Shown in pieces: positions 9,649-17,598 of a DNA stretch of 64,000 nt (within the stretch, counting starts at the first letter, position 1; every line of letters starts with the position of its first letter). Source of the DNA: Rhodospirillales bacterium (GTDB lineage: Bacteria; Pseudomonadota; Alphaproteobacteria; UBA828); assembly GCA_028818565.1 (NCBI GenBank), contig JAPPNV010000307.1, positions 16,374-80,373 of the forward strand, in the 5' to 3' direction. The notes beneath the pieces are model-generated. The model saw only the letters and a program-made list of their open reading frames with translations. It was not told where the DNA came from and searched no databases. A program made the translations under genes and the position numbers.

Positions 9649-10974
9649 ATGAGCGAGGCGATGGCAACCGCCGGCGCGAACCGGCGCTACGACATCATTC
9701 CTTGGGCGGCGCAGAACGCGCTCGACCCGGTGATCGAGATGGAGCGCGGCGAGGGCGCCTACATCTATGACACGGGAGGCAAGCGCTATCTCGATTTCTC
9801 GTCGCAGCTGGTGAACGTCAATCTCGGCTACCAGCATCCCAAGGTGATCGCGGCGATCCAGGAACAGGCCGGGAGGCTCTGCTACATCGGCCCGCACCAC
9901 ACCACGGCCGCGCGCGAGAAGCTCGGCCGCAAGCTAGCGGAGATCGCGCCGGGCGACATCCAGACCGCCTTCTTCACCGGGAGCGGCAGCGAGGCCACCG
10001 AGATCGCCATGATGGTCGCGCGCCTCGTCACCGGGCGGCGCAAGATCCTTGCCAAGTACCGCTCGTATCACGGCACCACCTCGGGCTCGATGTCGGCGAG
10101 CGGCGACCCCAGGCGCCTCGCCATCGGCTACGAACACCCCAACATCGTCCGCTTCCTGGACCCCTACTGCCATCGCTGCCCCTTCTCGCTCTCCTACCCC
10201 GGCTGCGGGGTGCAGTGCGCGAAGAGCGTGGAAGAGGTGATCGAGCGCGAGGGGCCGGGGCAGATCGCTGCGGTCATCGTCGAGCCGATGACGGCGGCGA
10301 GCGGCGGGATCAAGCCGCCGCCCGAGTACTTCCCCATGCTGCGCGAGATCTGCGACCGCTACGACATCCTGATGATCGCGGACGAGGTGATCTGCGGCTT
10401 CGGCCGCACCGGGCGCTGGTTCGGCATGGAGCACTGGGGCGTGGTGCCCGACCTGATGGCGGTCTCCAAGGGCATCACGTCTGGCTACATCCCGATGGGG
10501 GCCGTGCTGATGCGGCCGCACGTCGCCGCGCATTTCGACGACGACTGGTTCCCGCTCGGCTCGACCCAGACCGGCAACCCCATCGCCTGCGCCGCAGCCT
10601 GCGCCGCGCTCGACGCCTACGAGAACGACGGGCTGATCGAGAACGCGGCGCGAATGGGCAAGGTGCTGGCGTCGGGGCTGGAGGACCTCAAGGCGCGCCA
10701 CTCGTGCGTCTCGGACGTGCGCTCGCTCGGCCTGCTTGGGGCGATCGAGCTCACCGCCGATGCGGCGACCGACGCGCCCTTCTCGACCGCGCCGAACCAC
10801 GCGGCAGTGAACGACCTCATGAAGCGCCGGATGGTGGAGCACGGGCTGGAGGCCCGGACCTGCCTCAACGGGCTCCTGATCGGCCCGCCGCTCTGTATCG
10901 ACGCCGCGCAGATCGGGGACGCCATCGGCATCCTCGACACGATCCTTGACGAGGTCGACGCCGCGCTCGGCTGA
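9649..10974 (+). CDS. class III PLP-dependent aminotransferase (omega-aminotransferase family)
   Basis: SD AGGAGGGAGA upstream. The FTGSGSEATE, EPMTAASGGI, DEVICGFGRTGRWFG motifs and the SKGITSGYIPMGAV PLP-lysine region are present. Confidence 0.85.
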   Translation: MSEAMATAGANRRYDIIPWAAQNALDPVIEMERGEGAYIYDTGGKRYLDFSSQLVNVNLGYQHPKVIAAIQEQAGRLCYIGPHHTTAAREKLGRKLAEIAPGDIQTAFFTGSGSEATEIAMMVARLVTGRRKILAKYRSYHGTTSGSMSASGDPRRLAIGYEHPNIVRFLDPYCHRCPFSLSYPGCGVQCAKSVEEVIEREGPGQIAAVIVEPMTAASGGIKPPPEYFPMLREICDRYDILMIADEVICGFGRTGRWFGMEHWGVVPDLMAVSKGITSGYIPMGAVLMRPHVAAHFDDDWFPLGSTQTGNPIACAAACAALDAYENDGLIENAARMGKVLASGLEDLKARHSCVSDVRSLGLLGAIELTADAATDAPFSTAPNHAAVNDLMKRRMVEHGLEARTCLNGLLIGPPLCIDAAQIGDAIGILDTILDEVDAALG

Positions 10975-10980
10975 GGCAGC

Positions 10981-11005
10981 GCGAGTCCGTCCCTGACGGA
11001 CTCGC
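10981..11005 (+). terminator. strong stem-loop immediately after the aminotransferase stop (terminator candidate)
   Basis: GCGAGTCCGTC-cct-GACGGACTCGC is a perfect 11-bp inverted repeat with a 3-nt loop, 7 nt after the TGA at 10972-10974. There is no clear U-tract. Confidence 0.45.
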
Positions 11006-11160
11006 GGCAACCCGTCGATTGACGCCGCGTGGATGGCTGCGGCCGGGCACGGCCGCCATGTCCGCGCATTCCGGCCGCGGCGCGGCACGCCCGGCAAAAG
11101 CACAAGTTCAAGCCGCCGACAGTCCCTTATGTTTCCCCGGCATATATGAGTTCTTCCATT

Positions 11161-11347
11161 ATTAATTCTTAGATTTCGTCAACAAAAATTGTATTGGAAA
11201 TCATCTGAAGCTGCATGCAACGGTTTTGCGGGAGACGGGAATTTTCGCTCGCGAAGAAGATGATATCTAATGTTGGCTCCTTCTCGGCGAATTTCCAATG
11301 AAACGCCCGCAAATCTGTCACGATTCGACCGTTGAAGGAGGGAACTC
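11161..11347 (+). promoter_or_regulatory. AT-rich intergenic region (putative promoter/leader) upstream of a small ORF
   Basis: This region has a markedly lower GC stretch (ttcttccattattaattcttagatttcgtcaacaaaaattgtattggaaatcatctgaagctgc...) and ends in the AAGGAGGGAAC SD. Confidence 0.3.
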
Positions 11348-11449
11348 ATGTTCAAATACGGCCTCAATGACCCGGTAGTGCGCAGTGCCTTGGCGGCTTT
11401 TGTCGGCGCCGTCTCGTTCATGGCCTTGCTGTCATTTCTTCTCGACTAA
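11348..11449 (+). CDS. small hydrophobic protein (33 aa), unannotated in the ORF track
   Basis: ATG at 11348 sits 6 nt after a strong SD (GAAGGAGGGAAC). The product is MFKYGLNDPVVRSALAAFVGAVSFMALLSFLLD*, a single predicted TM helix. The stop TAA is at 11447-11449. Confidence 0.45.
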   Translation: MFKYGLNDPVVRSALAAFVGAVSFMALLSFLLD

Positions 11450-11579
11450 CACGTGGCACGGGCAAGGATAATCCCGCGAATTGCGGGCGGAACATGGCCG
11501 CCATTTCGGGAGAACTTTGCTTGCGCCATATCGTTATCTGACGCGGCAAGGGTGCCGGCTTTTCCGCCGGGAAATCCGC

Positions 11580-12418
11580 CTACTGCTTGATCGCGCCGAG
11601 CGTGAAGGCGCGCGCGAGGTGCTTCTGGATCAGGAAGCCGAAGAGGACGATGGGGAGCGCCGCCGCGACCGCGAGCGCCGCCTGCACGCCGTAGACCCCG
11701 GTGTGATGGTGCAGATAGATCGGCACCGTCACGATCAGCTTGTCGCTCAGCGTCACCGTCAGCAGGAACTCGTTCCAGGTGAGGATGAAGATGAAGAGGC
11801 CGGTGACCGCGAGGCCGCCCCGGATCATCGGCACGGTGACGACGAGGTGCGCGCGCAGGCGGCTCATGCCGTCCATCATGCCGGCCTCCTCGATGGCGGG
11901 CGGCACCTCGTCGATGAAGCTCTTCAGCATCCAGAATGAGAAGGGCACGCCGAAGGCGGTGTGGACGAGGATGATGCCGATGTGCGTATCCCGCAGGCCC
12001 ACCGAGGTGAAGAGGAAGAGCGCCGGGATCGCCAGCGTGATCGGCGCGGCACGGCGCGGACGGCGAGGATCCCGATGGCGAGGCGGTCGCTGCCAGCGCG
12101 GTAGCGTGAGAAGCCGATCGCGGCGAGCAGCCCGATGGCGAGCGCGAGCGCCGTGGTGCCGCCGGCGATGATGAAGGAATCGAGAATTGCGCCGAGCCCG
12201 GTCCTGGGCGCCGTGACGTAGCTCTCCGAGTAGCGCTCGAAGAGAGGCGCGTAGTTCCCGAGCGTGAGGTCGCGCGGCACCCAGGGCGGCGGCACCGCCG
12301 CCCATTCGCCGAGCGGCTTGAGCGACGTCGACACCATCCAGAAGACGGGGAAGAGCGCGAAGATGAGCGCGGCCGAGAGGCCGAGCGCGTGGTGGGGCCT
12401 GAAGCGGGGAGAGGTCAC
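11580..12418 (-). pseudogene. carbohydrate-type ABC transporter permease (MalG/UgpE-like), disrupted by a frameshift
   Basis: The N-terminal half is in track ORF 11924..12418 (MTSPRFRPHHALGLSAALIFALFPVFWMVSTSLKP...RYRAGSDRLAIGILAV). The C-terminal half, with the EAA-loop region (...ITLAIPALFLFTSVGLRDTHIGIILVHTAFGVPFSFWMLKSFIDEVP...), is in a different frame (ORF 11580..12485). The frames switch near 12040-12055, where ccgcgccg replaces the expected ccgccg. This is either a real pseudogene or a sequencing indel. No partner SBP, ATPase or second permease is adjacent. Confidence 0.6.
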
Positions 12419-12621
12419 GGGTGTACACCGGGGTTGATCCCGCCCGCCGACTAGGGGGCGTCAAGCAGCTACCGTAACCGTGCACGTCGTCCCTGTATAT
12501 ACTGCTAAACGAGCGATAAATTTGGCCTTACGGTCCAAGAGACTTGCAGAAATGCAGCTGACCAGTGAGCACCCCTGTTGCGAAAAATTACGCTTCCTTC
12601 GGCCGACCTCTACTTTTCTTC

Positions 12622-13701
12622 TTACTCACCGACACTCCATTTGAAATTCGTAATCCAAGGGTTCATGTCTACAATCGTTCCTAAGTCAGAACATATTGCT
12701 CGCGAACTGAGCAGCTTTGGCGCTGATGAAATCAACCAGTATCCTGCGTAAGGGAGCATGTCATCTATGATTGGCACGACTAATTCGTTCCACAGAGGCA
12801 TGGACATACTTTCTCTTAATGTCTCTGCTGCTGCAACTTGTTCATCTGTCATATAAGACCGTATTATACCCTTTTCCTTTCCGCCGTCATCAACTCCTCC
12901 CTTGTCCGAGAGATCGAACCATACATACGCATTCACGAAATCTTGCGAAACTCCCCAGCCAAGAGCATACATGTGCCCCAAGTTGTATTGCGCCCAAGGG
13001 TCTCCTACATTGGCTGCTTTCTTGAAGTACCGTACGGCCTCCTCGTAGTCTTTCTTCACCCCAATACCCGCAGCATAATGCATGCCCAAGTCGAGCGATG
13101 CGGGCGCATAATTCTTTAGGTCAGCGGCAATTAGCCATTCCAACATCAGATTATTGTCAGCCGCGCTACGTTCGGAGTTTTTGTGTGACCATGCGAGGTT
13201 ATATAACGCCGGTGCATAGTTCTCTTTAGAAGCACTTTCGAATAACACCAGTGCTCTTTCACGGTCTTTTTCCGTTCCCAAGGCGTTCCAATACATCGTA
13301 CCCAAATTGTTTTGCGCGGGAGCGTAATTCTGATCCGCAGCCAGAAAAAAATAACCTTTAGCGTTATCGTAGGACGATTGGTCGAGTCCCCAACCGGCAA
13401 CATTGAACGTTCCAAGAATGTTCTGTGCTGGCGCGTATCCAGATTCAGCAGCACTTTTAAATGTGGATATTGCTTCCTGTAAATTTGACGTCTTACCATC
13501 TAACCCGTACAGGCGAACGACGCCATATTGGACTAAGGACTCCAACTCTTCAATATCGCTACTGCCTACAAATTCTTTGACGGAAGCCGCATTCCAATTG
13601 TTTGCCATGCACGCTGTTGGAACATAAGCCCTCGCTATGCCAACAACGAGCACACTACAAGAAAGAGCGATAAGTCCCACGAAGGAGAACACAAATCTCA
13701 C
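12622..13701 (-). CDS. Sel1-repeat (tetratricopeptide-like) protein with N-terminal signal peptide
   Basis: MRFVFSFVGLIALSCSVLVVGIARA is a signal peptide. It is followed by at least six Sel1-type repeats with the recurring pattern A..NLG.MY..G.GV..D...A..W. Confidence 0.75.
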   Translation of the reverse strand: MRFVFSFVGLIALSCSVLVVGIARAYVPTACMANNWNAASVKEFVGSSDIEELESLVQYGVVRLYGLDGKTSNLQEAISTFKSAAESGYAPAQNILGTFNVAGWGLDQSSYDNAKGYFFLAADQNYAPAQNNLGTMYWNALGTEKDRERALVLFESASKENYAPALYNLAWSHKNSERSAADNNLMLEWLIAADLKNYAPASLDLGMHYAAGIGVKKDYEEAVRYFKKAANVGDPWAQYNLGHMYALGWGVSQDFVNAYVWFDLSDKGGVDDGGKEKGIIRSYMTDEQVAAAETLRESMSMPLWNELVVPIIDDMLPYAGYWLISSAPKLLSSRAICSDLGTIVDMNPWITNFKWSVGE

Positions 13702-13712
13702 CTTACACGCTC

Positions 13713-14213
13713 CTAATCTGCGGTTAGCAAAGGAAACGTTTTTGCAGGATCAGCCAGTGTGCCTCCACTATATGGCTGAAGTAATCTTGAGGCGCCTTCT
13801 AGGCGGCCCATAACATACACCACATGTAACATGGTAGACTGGACTACAACAGTTTGCTCTTGGAGAGCTTCATACTCCCTATGGACATGTTTATAGTCGG
13901 CCATGTTGTCATGGGTGTGATCAGAGGAAGCCATAGCGCTGTGCGCGTGGTCGGACGAGGCCATGTTGTCATGGGCGTGATCAGAGGAAGCCATAGCGCT
14001 GTGCGCGTGGTTGGACGAGGCCTTGTCGGCCATATCGTCCGATAGCAAACCAAAGGGAAGGACACCTAGGGCGACTATCACCGCGATAAGAATGGGAGCA
14101 AACCAGCGGTATAAGCGAAGTTCCCTTTCTACCGCCGCAACACGCCCCGATAGACTATTGATATCAATATGGAATTTCTCACTCCCGTTCTCAGGCATGT
14201 CTCGGCCGCTCAT
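13713..14213 (-). CDS. single-pass membrane protein with a histidine-rich tandem-repeat ectodomain
   Basis: There is an N-terminal cytoplasmic segment, then the TM helix FAPILIAVIVALGVLPFGLL, then SSNHAHSAMASSDHAHDNMASSDHAHSAMASSDHTHDNMADYKHVH. The gene is 11 nt upstream of, and co-directional with, the Sel1 gene. A possible alternative start is at 14198. Confidence 0.6.
   Translation of the reverse strand: MSGRDMPENGSEKFHIDINSLSGRVAAVERELRLYRWFAPILIAVIVALGVLPFGLLSDDMADKASSNHAHSAMASSDHAHDNMASSDHAHSAMASSDHTHDNMADYKHVHREYEALQEQTVVVQSTMLHVVYVMGRLEGASRLLQPYSGGTLADPAKTFPLLTAD
13901..14020. repeat. perfect-frame 60-bp tandem direct repeat (2 copies, 58/60 identical) inside the His-rich protein gene
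   Basis: ccatgttgtcatggg[t/c]gtgatcagaggaagccatagcgctgtgcgcgtgg[t]t[c/t]ggacgagg occurs at 13901-13960 and again at 13961-14020. It encodes the duplicated 20-aa unit SSDHAH(S/D)AMASSDH... Confidence 0.8.
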
Positions 14214-14655
14214 CTAGCCATTCACAAAGTACTTCACGGCATGAATCGATTAAACCGTCAATTTCGTCTGCCCCCCACTTAGAATCCATCATGGGCTCGC
14301 TGTCCAAGTGACCGGAAGGCATCAAGCAGCCTCAATCCTCAATAAGAGGCCACATTTGATATATCAGAAAGATGCTAGTCGCAGCGAGTGACGCTGTCAA
14401 TACATTTCAGCGCACAGCATCGGAGGTTCATGGTCTGTTCGCATAGGTTCGGGAGCGCCTAGTCTCGTTCAGGGTCTCGACCATGATAAGTGGAGCGAAC
14501 TGTCGAGCCGCACAGGGTGATCGCTAGGCTTAGCTTCACTGGGCAGAGGTTGAAAGCGCAGAAGAGCTGCCTATGAAGCACGATATTGAGCCATTGAATG
14601 GACACCATTACAGGCGGACCCGCCCACCGGGGCAGTGGCGTGAGGGTGTACGCCC

Positions 14656-15639
14656 TCAGCCTGCGCCACTCTCCTCGATTGCGTCGGCTGCCGCGCAGAG
14701 CGCATCGAGCGCGGCGCGGGCCTCCTGCGCCTCGCGCACCGTGACCGCGCGGAAGCGGAAGATGTCGCCGGGCCGCGCCTGGCCGGGCTTCCAGAGCGAG
14801 CCGGTCGGCACCGTGTAAGGGTTGATGAAGCCGCCGAGGGTGAGGCCGTCGGGCCCGAGCACGATGGGCGTCTGGCCGCAGAGGTTGATCGAGCCCAGGC
14901 CGTAGCCGTGCTCGATGATGTTGGAGGGATGCGTGCCGTTCTCCGGCGACTTGTCGTAGGCGCGGCGGGTGAAGGTCCACTCCGGCCCTTCCAGGCGCAC
15001 GCCCACCCGGTTGCTGTGGGCGGAGACGCGCCAGTCGCTGGTGAGGAAGCGGGCGTGCCCGGCCTGGTCGATCCAGTCCTCCCGGGGCCCCGGCACCGCC
15101 TCGACCGACCAGACCCGGTCTTCGGGGAAGCGCGGCCGGGCATGGGCCGCGGCCCGGCGCCCCGGCGTCCCCGCGCCCTCGCCGAGGTGCAGACGCTGCC
15201 CCGCACTGAGCGCCGTCCCCTCCGCCCCGCCGATCTGGCCCAGGCGATAGGTCGCGCGGGAGCCCAGGAAGGGCGGCACGTCGATGCCGCCCGAGACCGC
15301 GAGATAGGCGCGCGCGCCGCGTGTCGCCGAGCCGAGCGCCAGGGTCTGGCCGGCGCGGACGGCTACGCTGGTCCAGCCTTCGACGGGCACGCCGTCCAGC
15401 GCGGCAGGCATCTCGGCCCCGCATACCGCCACCGCGCGGTCGTCGTGAAAGCGCAGGCTGGGGCCGATGAACTGGCATTCCAGCCCGGCCGCGCTGGCAT
15501 CGTTGCCCACCAGACGGTTCGCGATACGGAAGGACCAGCCGTCCATCGGGCCCGAGATCGGGTAGCCGGTGCTGACCACGCCGACGCGGCCCGGATAGTC
15601 CTGAACCGTGGTCTCCAGGCCGGGCTTCAGCACCTTCAT
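14656..15639 (-). CDS. pxpC: 5-oxoprolinase subunit C (PxpC / KipA; biotin-dependent carboxyltransferase-family protein; allophanate hydrolase subunit 2 homologue)
   Basis: The internal ATG (residue 192 of the track ORF) gives MKVLKPGLETTVQDYPGRVGVVSTGYPISGPMD..., a typical KipA/PxpC N-terminus. The upstream 191 aa of the ORF is Arg/His-rich noise. Confidence 0.8.
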   Translation of the reverse strand: MKVLKPGLETTVQDYPGRVGVVSTGYPISGPMDGWSFRIANRLVGNDASAAGLECQFIGPSLRFHDDRAVAVCGAEMPAALDGVPVEGWTSVAVRAGQTLALGSATRGARAYLAVSGGIDVPPFLGSRATYRLGQIGGAEGTALSAGQRLHLGEGAGTPGRRAAAHARPRFPEDRVWSVEAVPGPREDWIDQAGHARFLTSDWRVSAHSNRVGVRLEGPEWTFTRRAYDKSPENGTHPSNIIEHGYGLGSINLCGQTPIVLGPDGLTLGGFINPYTVPTGSLWKPGQARPGDIFRFRAVTVREAQEARAALDALCAAADAIEESGAG

Positions 15640-15653
15640 GACAGGCGCCGCGC

Positions 15654-16529
15654 TCAGTGCCGTTGCTCCGCGTCGAGCGACGCCACCCAGGCCTCGTAGG
15701 CCGAAAGCGAGAAGCGCTGATACTCGACGATGTTGAAGGGGTAGGTCCCTTCCGCGAGCTTCGCCTCGATGCGGTCGTATTCGCTGCGGTCGACGGGATC
15801 GAACTTGATGCGGTCGCCGACGCGCAGCAGCGCGATGCCGCCGCCGAAGGCCGGGATGCGCCCCTCGGGATCCAGCATGGGGAGCGGCGTGCGGCCGATC
15901 ATGTTGAAGCCGCCCGGCGAGTGCAGGGTCTGGATCGCGCTCTGGCCGCCGGCGCAGACCACCGCGCCCTGCGGCGTCCACATGCGGGGCGGGTCGTACT
16001 TGGGCGCGTAGATGATGCAGCGCGGGTCGAGCGGGCGCATGAGCGGCAGGCCGGGATAGGCGCCGATGATGCCGATCCAGTACTCGGTCGCCGAATGGAG
16101 CGCGACCAGCTCGTCGAGCCCGGAGAGGCCGTTCTCCGCCACGATGAACTCGGGGTCGTAGGGCCGCTCCTTGATGGTGCGGTGGTACTCCTCCATGCAG
16201 GCGCGGGTCCACGGGTCGAGGTAGAGGGTGGGCACGTGGACCAGCCGGCTCTCGATCTCGTCGGGGGTCCCCACCGCGTCGGCCAGCGCCAGCGCCTCGC
16301 GCACCAGGTCGTCGTAGGCGATGCGCTGCCAGTCGTACTCGACGAGCACGGAGTTGAAGCCGGGGTTGGTCTCGATCACGCCGGGAATGCGGGCCTCGTC
16401 CACGGCCTTGGCGAAGCCGCGCGCCTGCAGGTTGAGCCGGAGCCCGCCGTCGTCGCCGAACTCGATCAGCACGAAGCGGTCGCCGTTGGGCGCGACCAGG
16501 GGTTCCTCATAGCGCATGCCGCGCATCAT
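15654..16529 (-). CDS. pxpB: 5-oxoprolinase subunit B (PxpB / KipI; allophanate hydrolase subunit 1 homologue)
   Basis: MMRGMRYEEPLVAPNGDRFVLIEFGDD... is a KipI-type N-terminus. The gene is 14 nt upstream of pxpC. The start is uncertain (16529, 16526 or 16517 are all possible). The 16607 ATG would overlap the divergent gene. Confidence 0.7.
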   Translation of the reverse strand: MMRGMRYEEPLVAPNGDRFVLIEFGDDGGLRLNLQARGFAKAVDEARIPGVIETNPGFNSVLVEYDWQRIAYDDLVREALALADAVGTPDEIESRLVHVPTLYLDPWTRACMEEYHRTIKERPYDPEFIVAENGLSGLDELVALHSATEYWIGIIGAYPGLPLMRPLDPRCIIYAPKYDPPRMWTPQGAVVCAGGQSAIQTLHSPGGFNMIGRTPLPMLDPEGRIPAFGGGIALLRVGDRIKFDPVDRSEYDRIEAKLAEGTYPFNIVEYQRFSLSAYEAWVASLDAEQRH

Positions 16530-16605
16530 AGCGGACGATTCGCCGTTGGCCCGGGCCGGCGCGCGGCGTAAGCATGGGCGACGACTTGGCATGAAGGCAC
16601 CGGTC

Positions 16606-17070
16606 ATGGCGGAGGAACCATCCGACCCTCAGGGCGAGGCGGAGGAGTGGCAGTACCAGCTCCGTGTCGATCTGGCGGAGGATGCCGCCGAGGCGGCGCG
16701 GCGGGGTGCGGAGCATCCGGGGCTCGGGCCGCTGCGCGACATCCTCGCCGCCCACAACGCGCGCCTCATCTGCCAGTACGACGCCTTCGCCGGATACTGT
16801 GCGGAAGCCGAGGAGAACGGCATCGAGCACTATCCCCTCTACGCCTGGACCAAGGCGGTGATCGCCGACTCCGCCAAGCAGGCGAAGTACCAGAAATCGT
16901 TCTCGATCCATGTCGGCGGTGCGGAGGTCTACGCCAGGGACAAGGCGGACGCGCTGGAGGCGGCGCTTGCGCCGCTGGTCGGCGCGGGAGTCGTGACACG
17001 GCTCGCGAAGCACGACACCAATCCGGCCAACAGCCCGCAGATGCCGGAAAAGTACCGCGCCCGCTCGTGA
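16606..17070 (+). CDS. hypothetical protein
   Basis: No family recognised (MAEEPSDPQGEAEEWQYQLRVDLAEDAAEAARRGAEHPGLGPLRDILAAHNARLICQYDAFAGYCAEAEENGIEHYPLYAWTK...). ATG at 16606 has AAGG about 10 nt upstream. The ATG at 16591 is an alternative start. Confidence 0.45.
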   Translation: MAEEPSDPQGEAEEWQYQLRVDLAEDAAEAARRGAEHPGLGPLRDILAAHNARLICQYDAFAGYCAEAEENGIEHYPLYAWTKAVIADSAKQAKYQKSFSIHVGGAEVYARDKADALEAALAPLVGAGVVTRLAKHDTNPANSPQMPEKYRARS

Positions 17071-17076
17071 CGGGGC

Positions 17077-17598
17077 TCAGCCGCTGCCGTCGGCGGCGAG
17101 CTTTTCGCGCAGGTAGGGGATCAGGCCACCGGCCTGCAGCATGCCGCGCTCGGCGGTGGAGTAAGGTGCGGTGGGGAGCGCGCCGCCCCGGCTCAGGTTG
17201 CGGACCTCTGCCGCCTCCCAGTCGATCTCGATCTCGTCCCAGCGCGCGACCAGGCCGGTGATGCCGGGGCAGGCGATCTGCGGGAAGCCCTCGGCGATCT
17301 CCTCCCGCCAGTAGCCGGTGGCGAAGGAGTCCGCGATCACCGCGCGGATGCCTAGGCGGCGCAGCCCGATCATCGGCGCGAAGTGGGGATGGCCGTAGCC
17401 GAAATTCTCGGCGCCGACGACCACGTCGCCGGGCTCGACCTTCTCCGCGAAGCCGGGATCGAAGCGGCGCATGGCGTGAGCCGCGAGCGCGTCGGGGTCG
17501 GTGAGGCGGATGTTCTCGACGCCCACGATCTGGTCCACGTCGAAGTCCGCCTCCTCGAAGACGTAGGCGACGCGGCCGCGCAGCGGGGCCAGACTCAC
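17077..17598 (-). CDS. aconitase-family small subunit (LeuD-like, type 2 3-isopropylmalate/homoaconitate dehydratase small subunit)
   Basis: GTG start (residue 69 of the track ORF) gives VSLAPLRGRVAYVFEEADFDVDQIVGVENI.... The GTGA start overlaps the large-subunit stop. Confidence 0.75.
   Translation of the reverse strand: MSLAPLRGRVAYVFEEADFDVDQIVGVENIRLTDPDALAAHAMRRFDPGFAEKVEPGDVVVGAENFGYGHPHFAPMIGLRRLGIRAVIADSFATGYWREEIAEGFPQIACPGITGLVARWDEIEIDWEAAEVRNLSRGGALPTAPYSTAERGMLQAGGLIPYLREKLAADGSG

Larger units (their letters stand above)
12420..14650. other. low-GC genomic islet (about 2.2 kb) carrying two foreign-looking genes
   Basis: There is an abrupt composition shift from roughly 68% to well under 50% GC. 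Both genes use AT-rich codons (tta, ata, aaa). No integrase, transposase or tRNA was seen at the borders. Confidence 0.5.

Noticed and set aside
11179-11421. 80-aa minus-strand ORF in the AT-rich region
   Set aside because: It has no SD and no recognisable domains. It overlaps the plus-strand 33-codon ORF, which has a near-perfect SD. The plus-strand ORF is the more credible gene, although the minus ORF cannot be fully excluded.
14428-14476. 8-bp inverted repeat (tcatggtc ... gaccatga) at the right edge of the low-GC islet, and a ggttcatg(g)tct match near 12660
   Set aside because: It is short. The left-hand match lies inside the Sel1 coding sequence. No transposase or integrase supports an IS or att interpretation. 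It is most likely chance.
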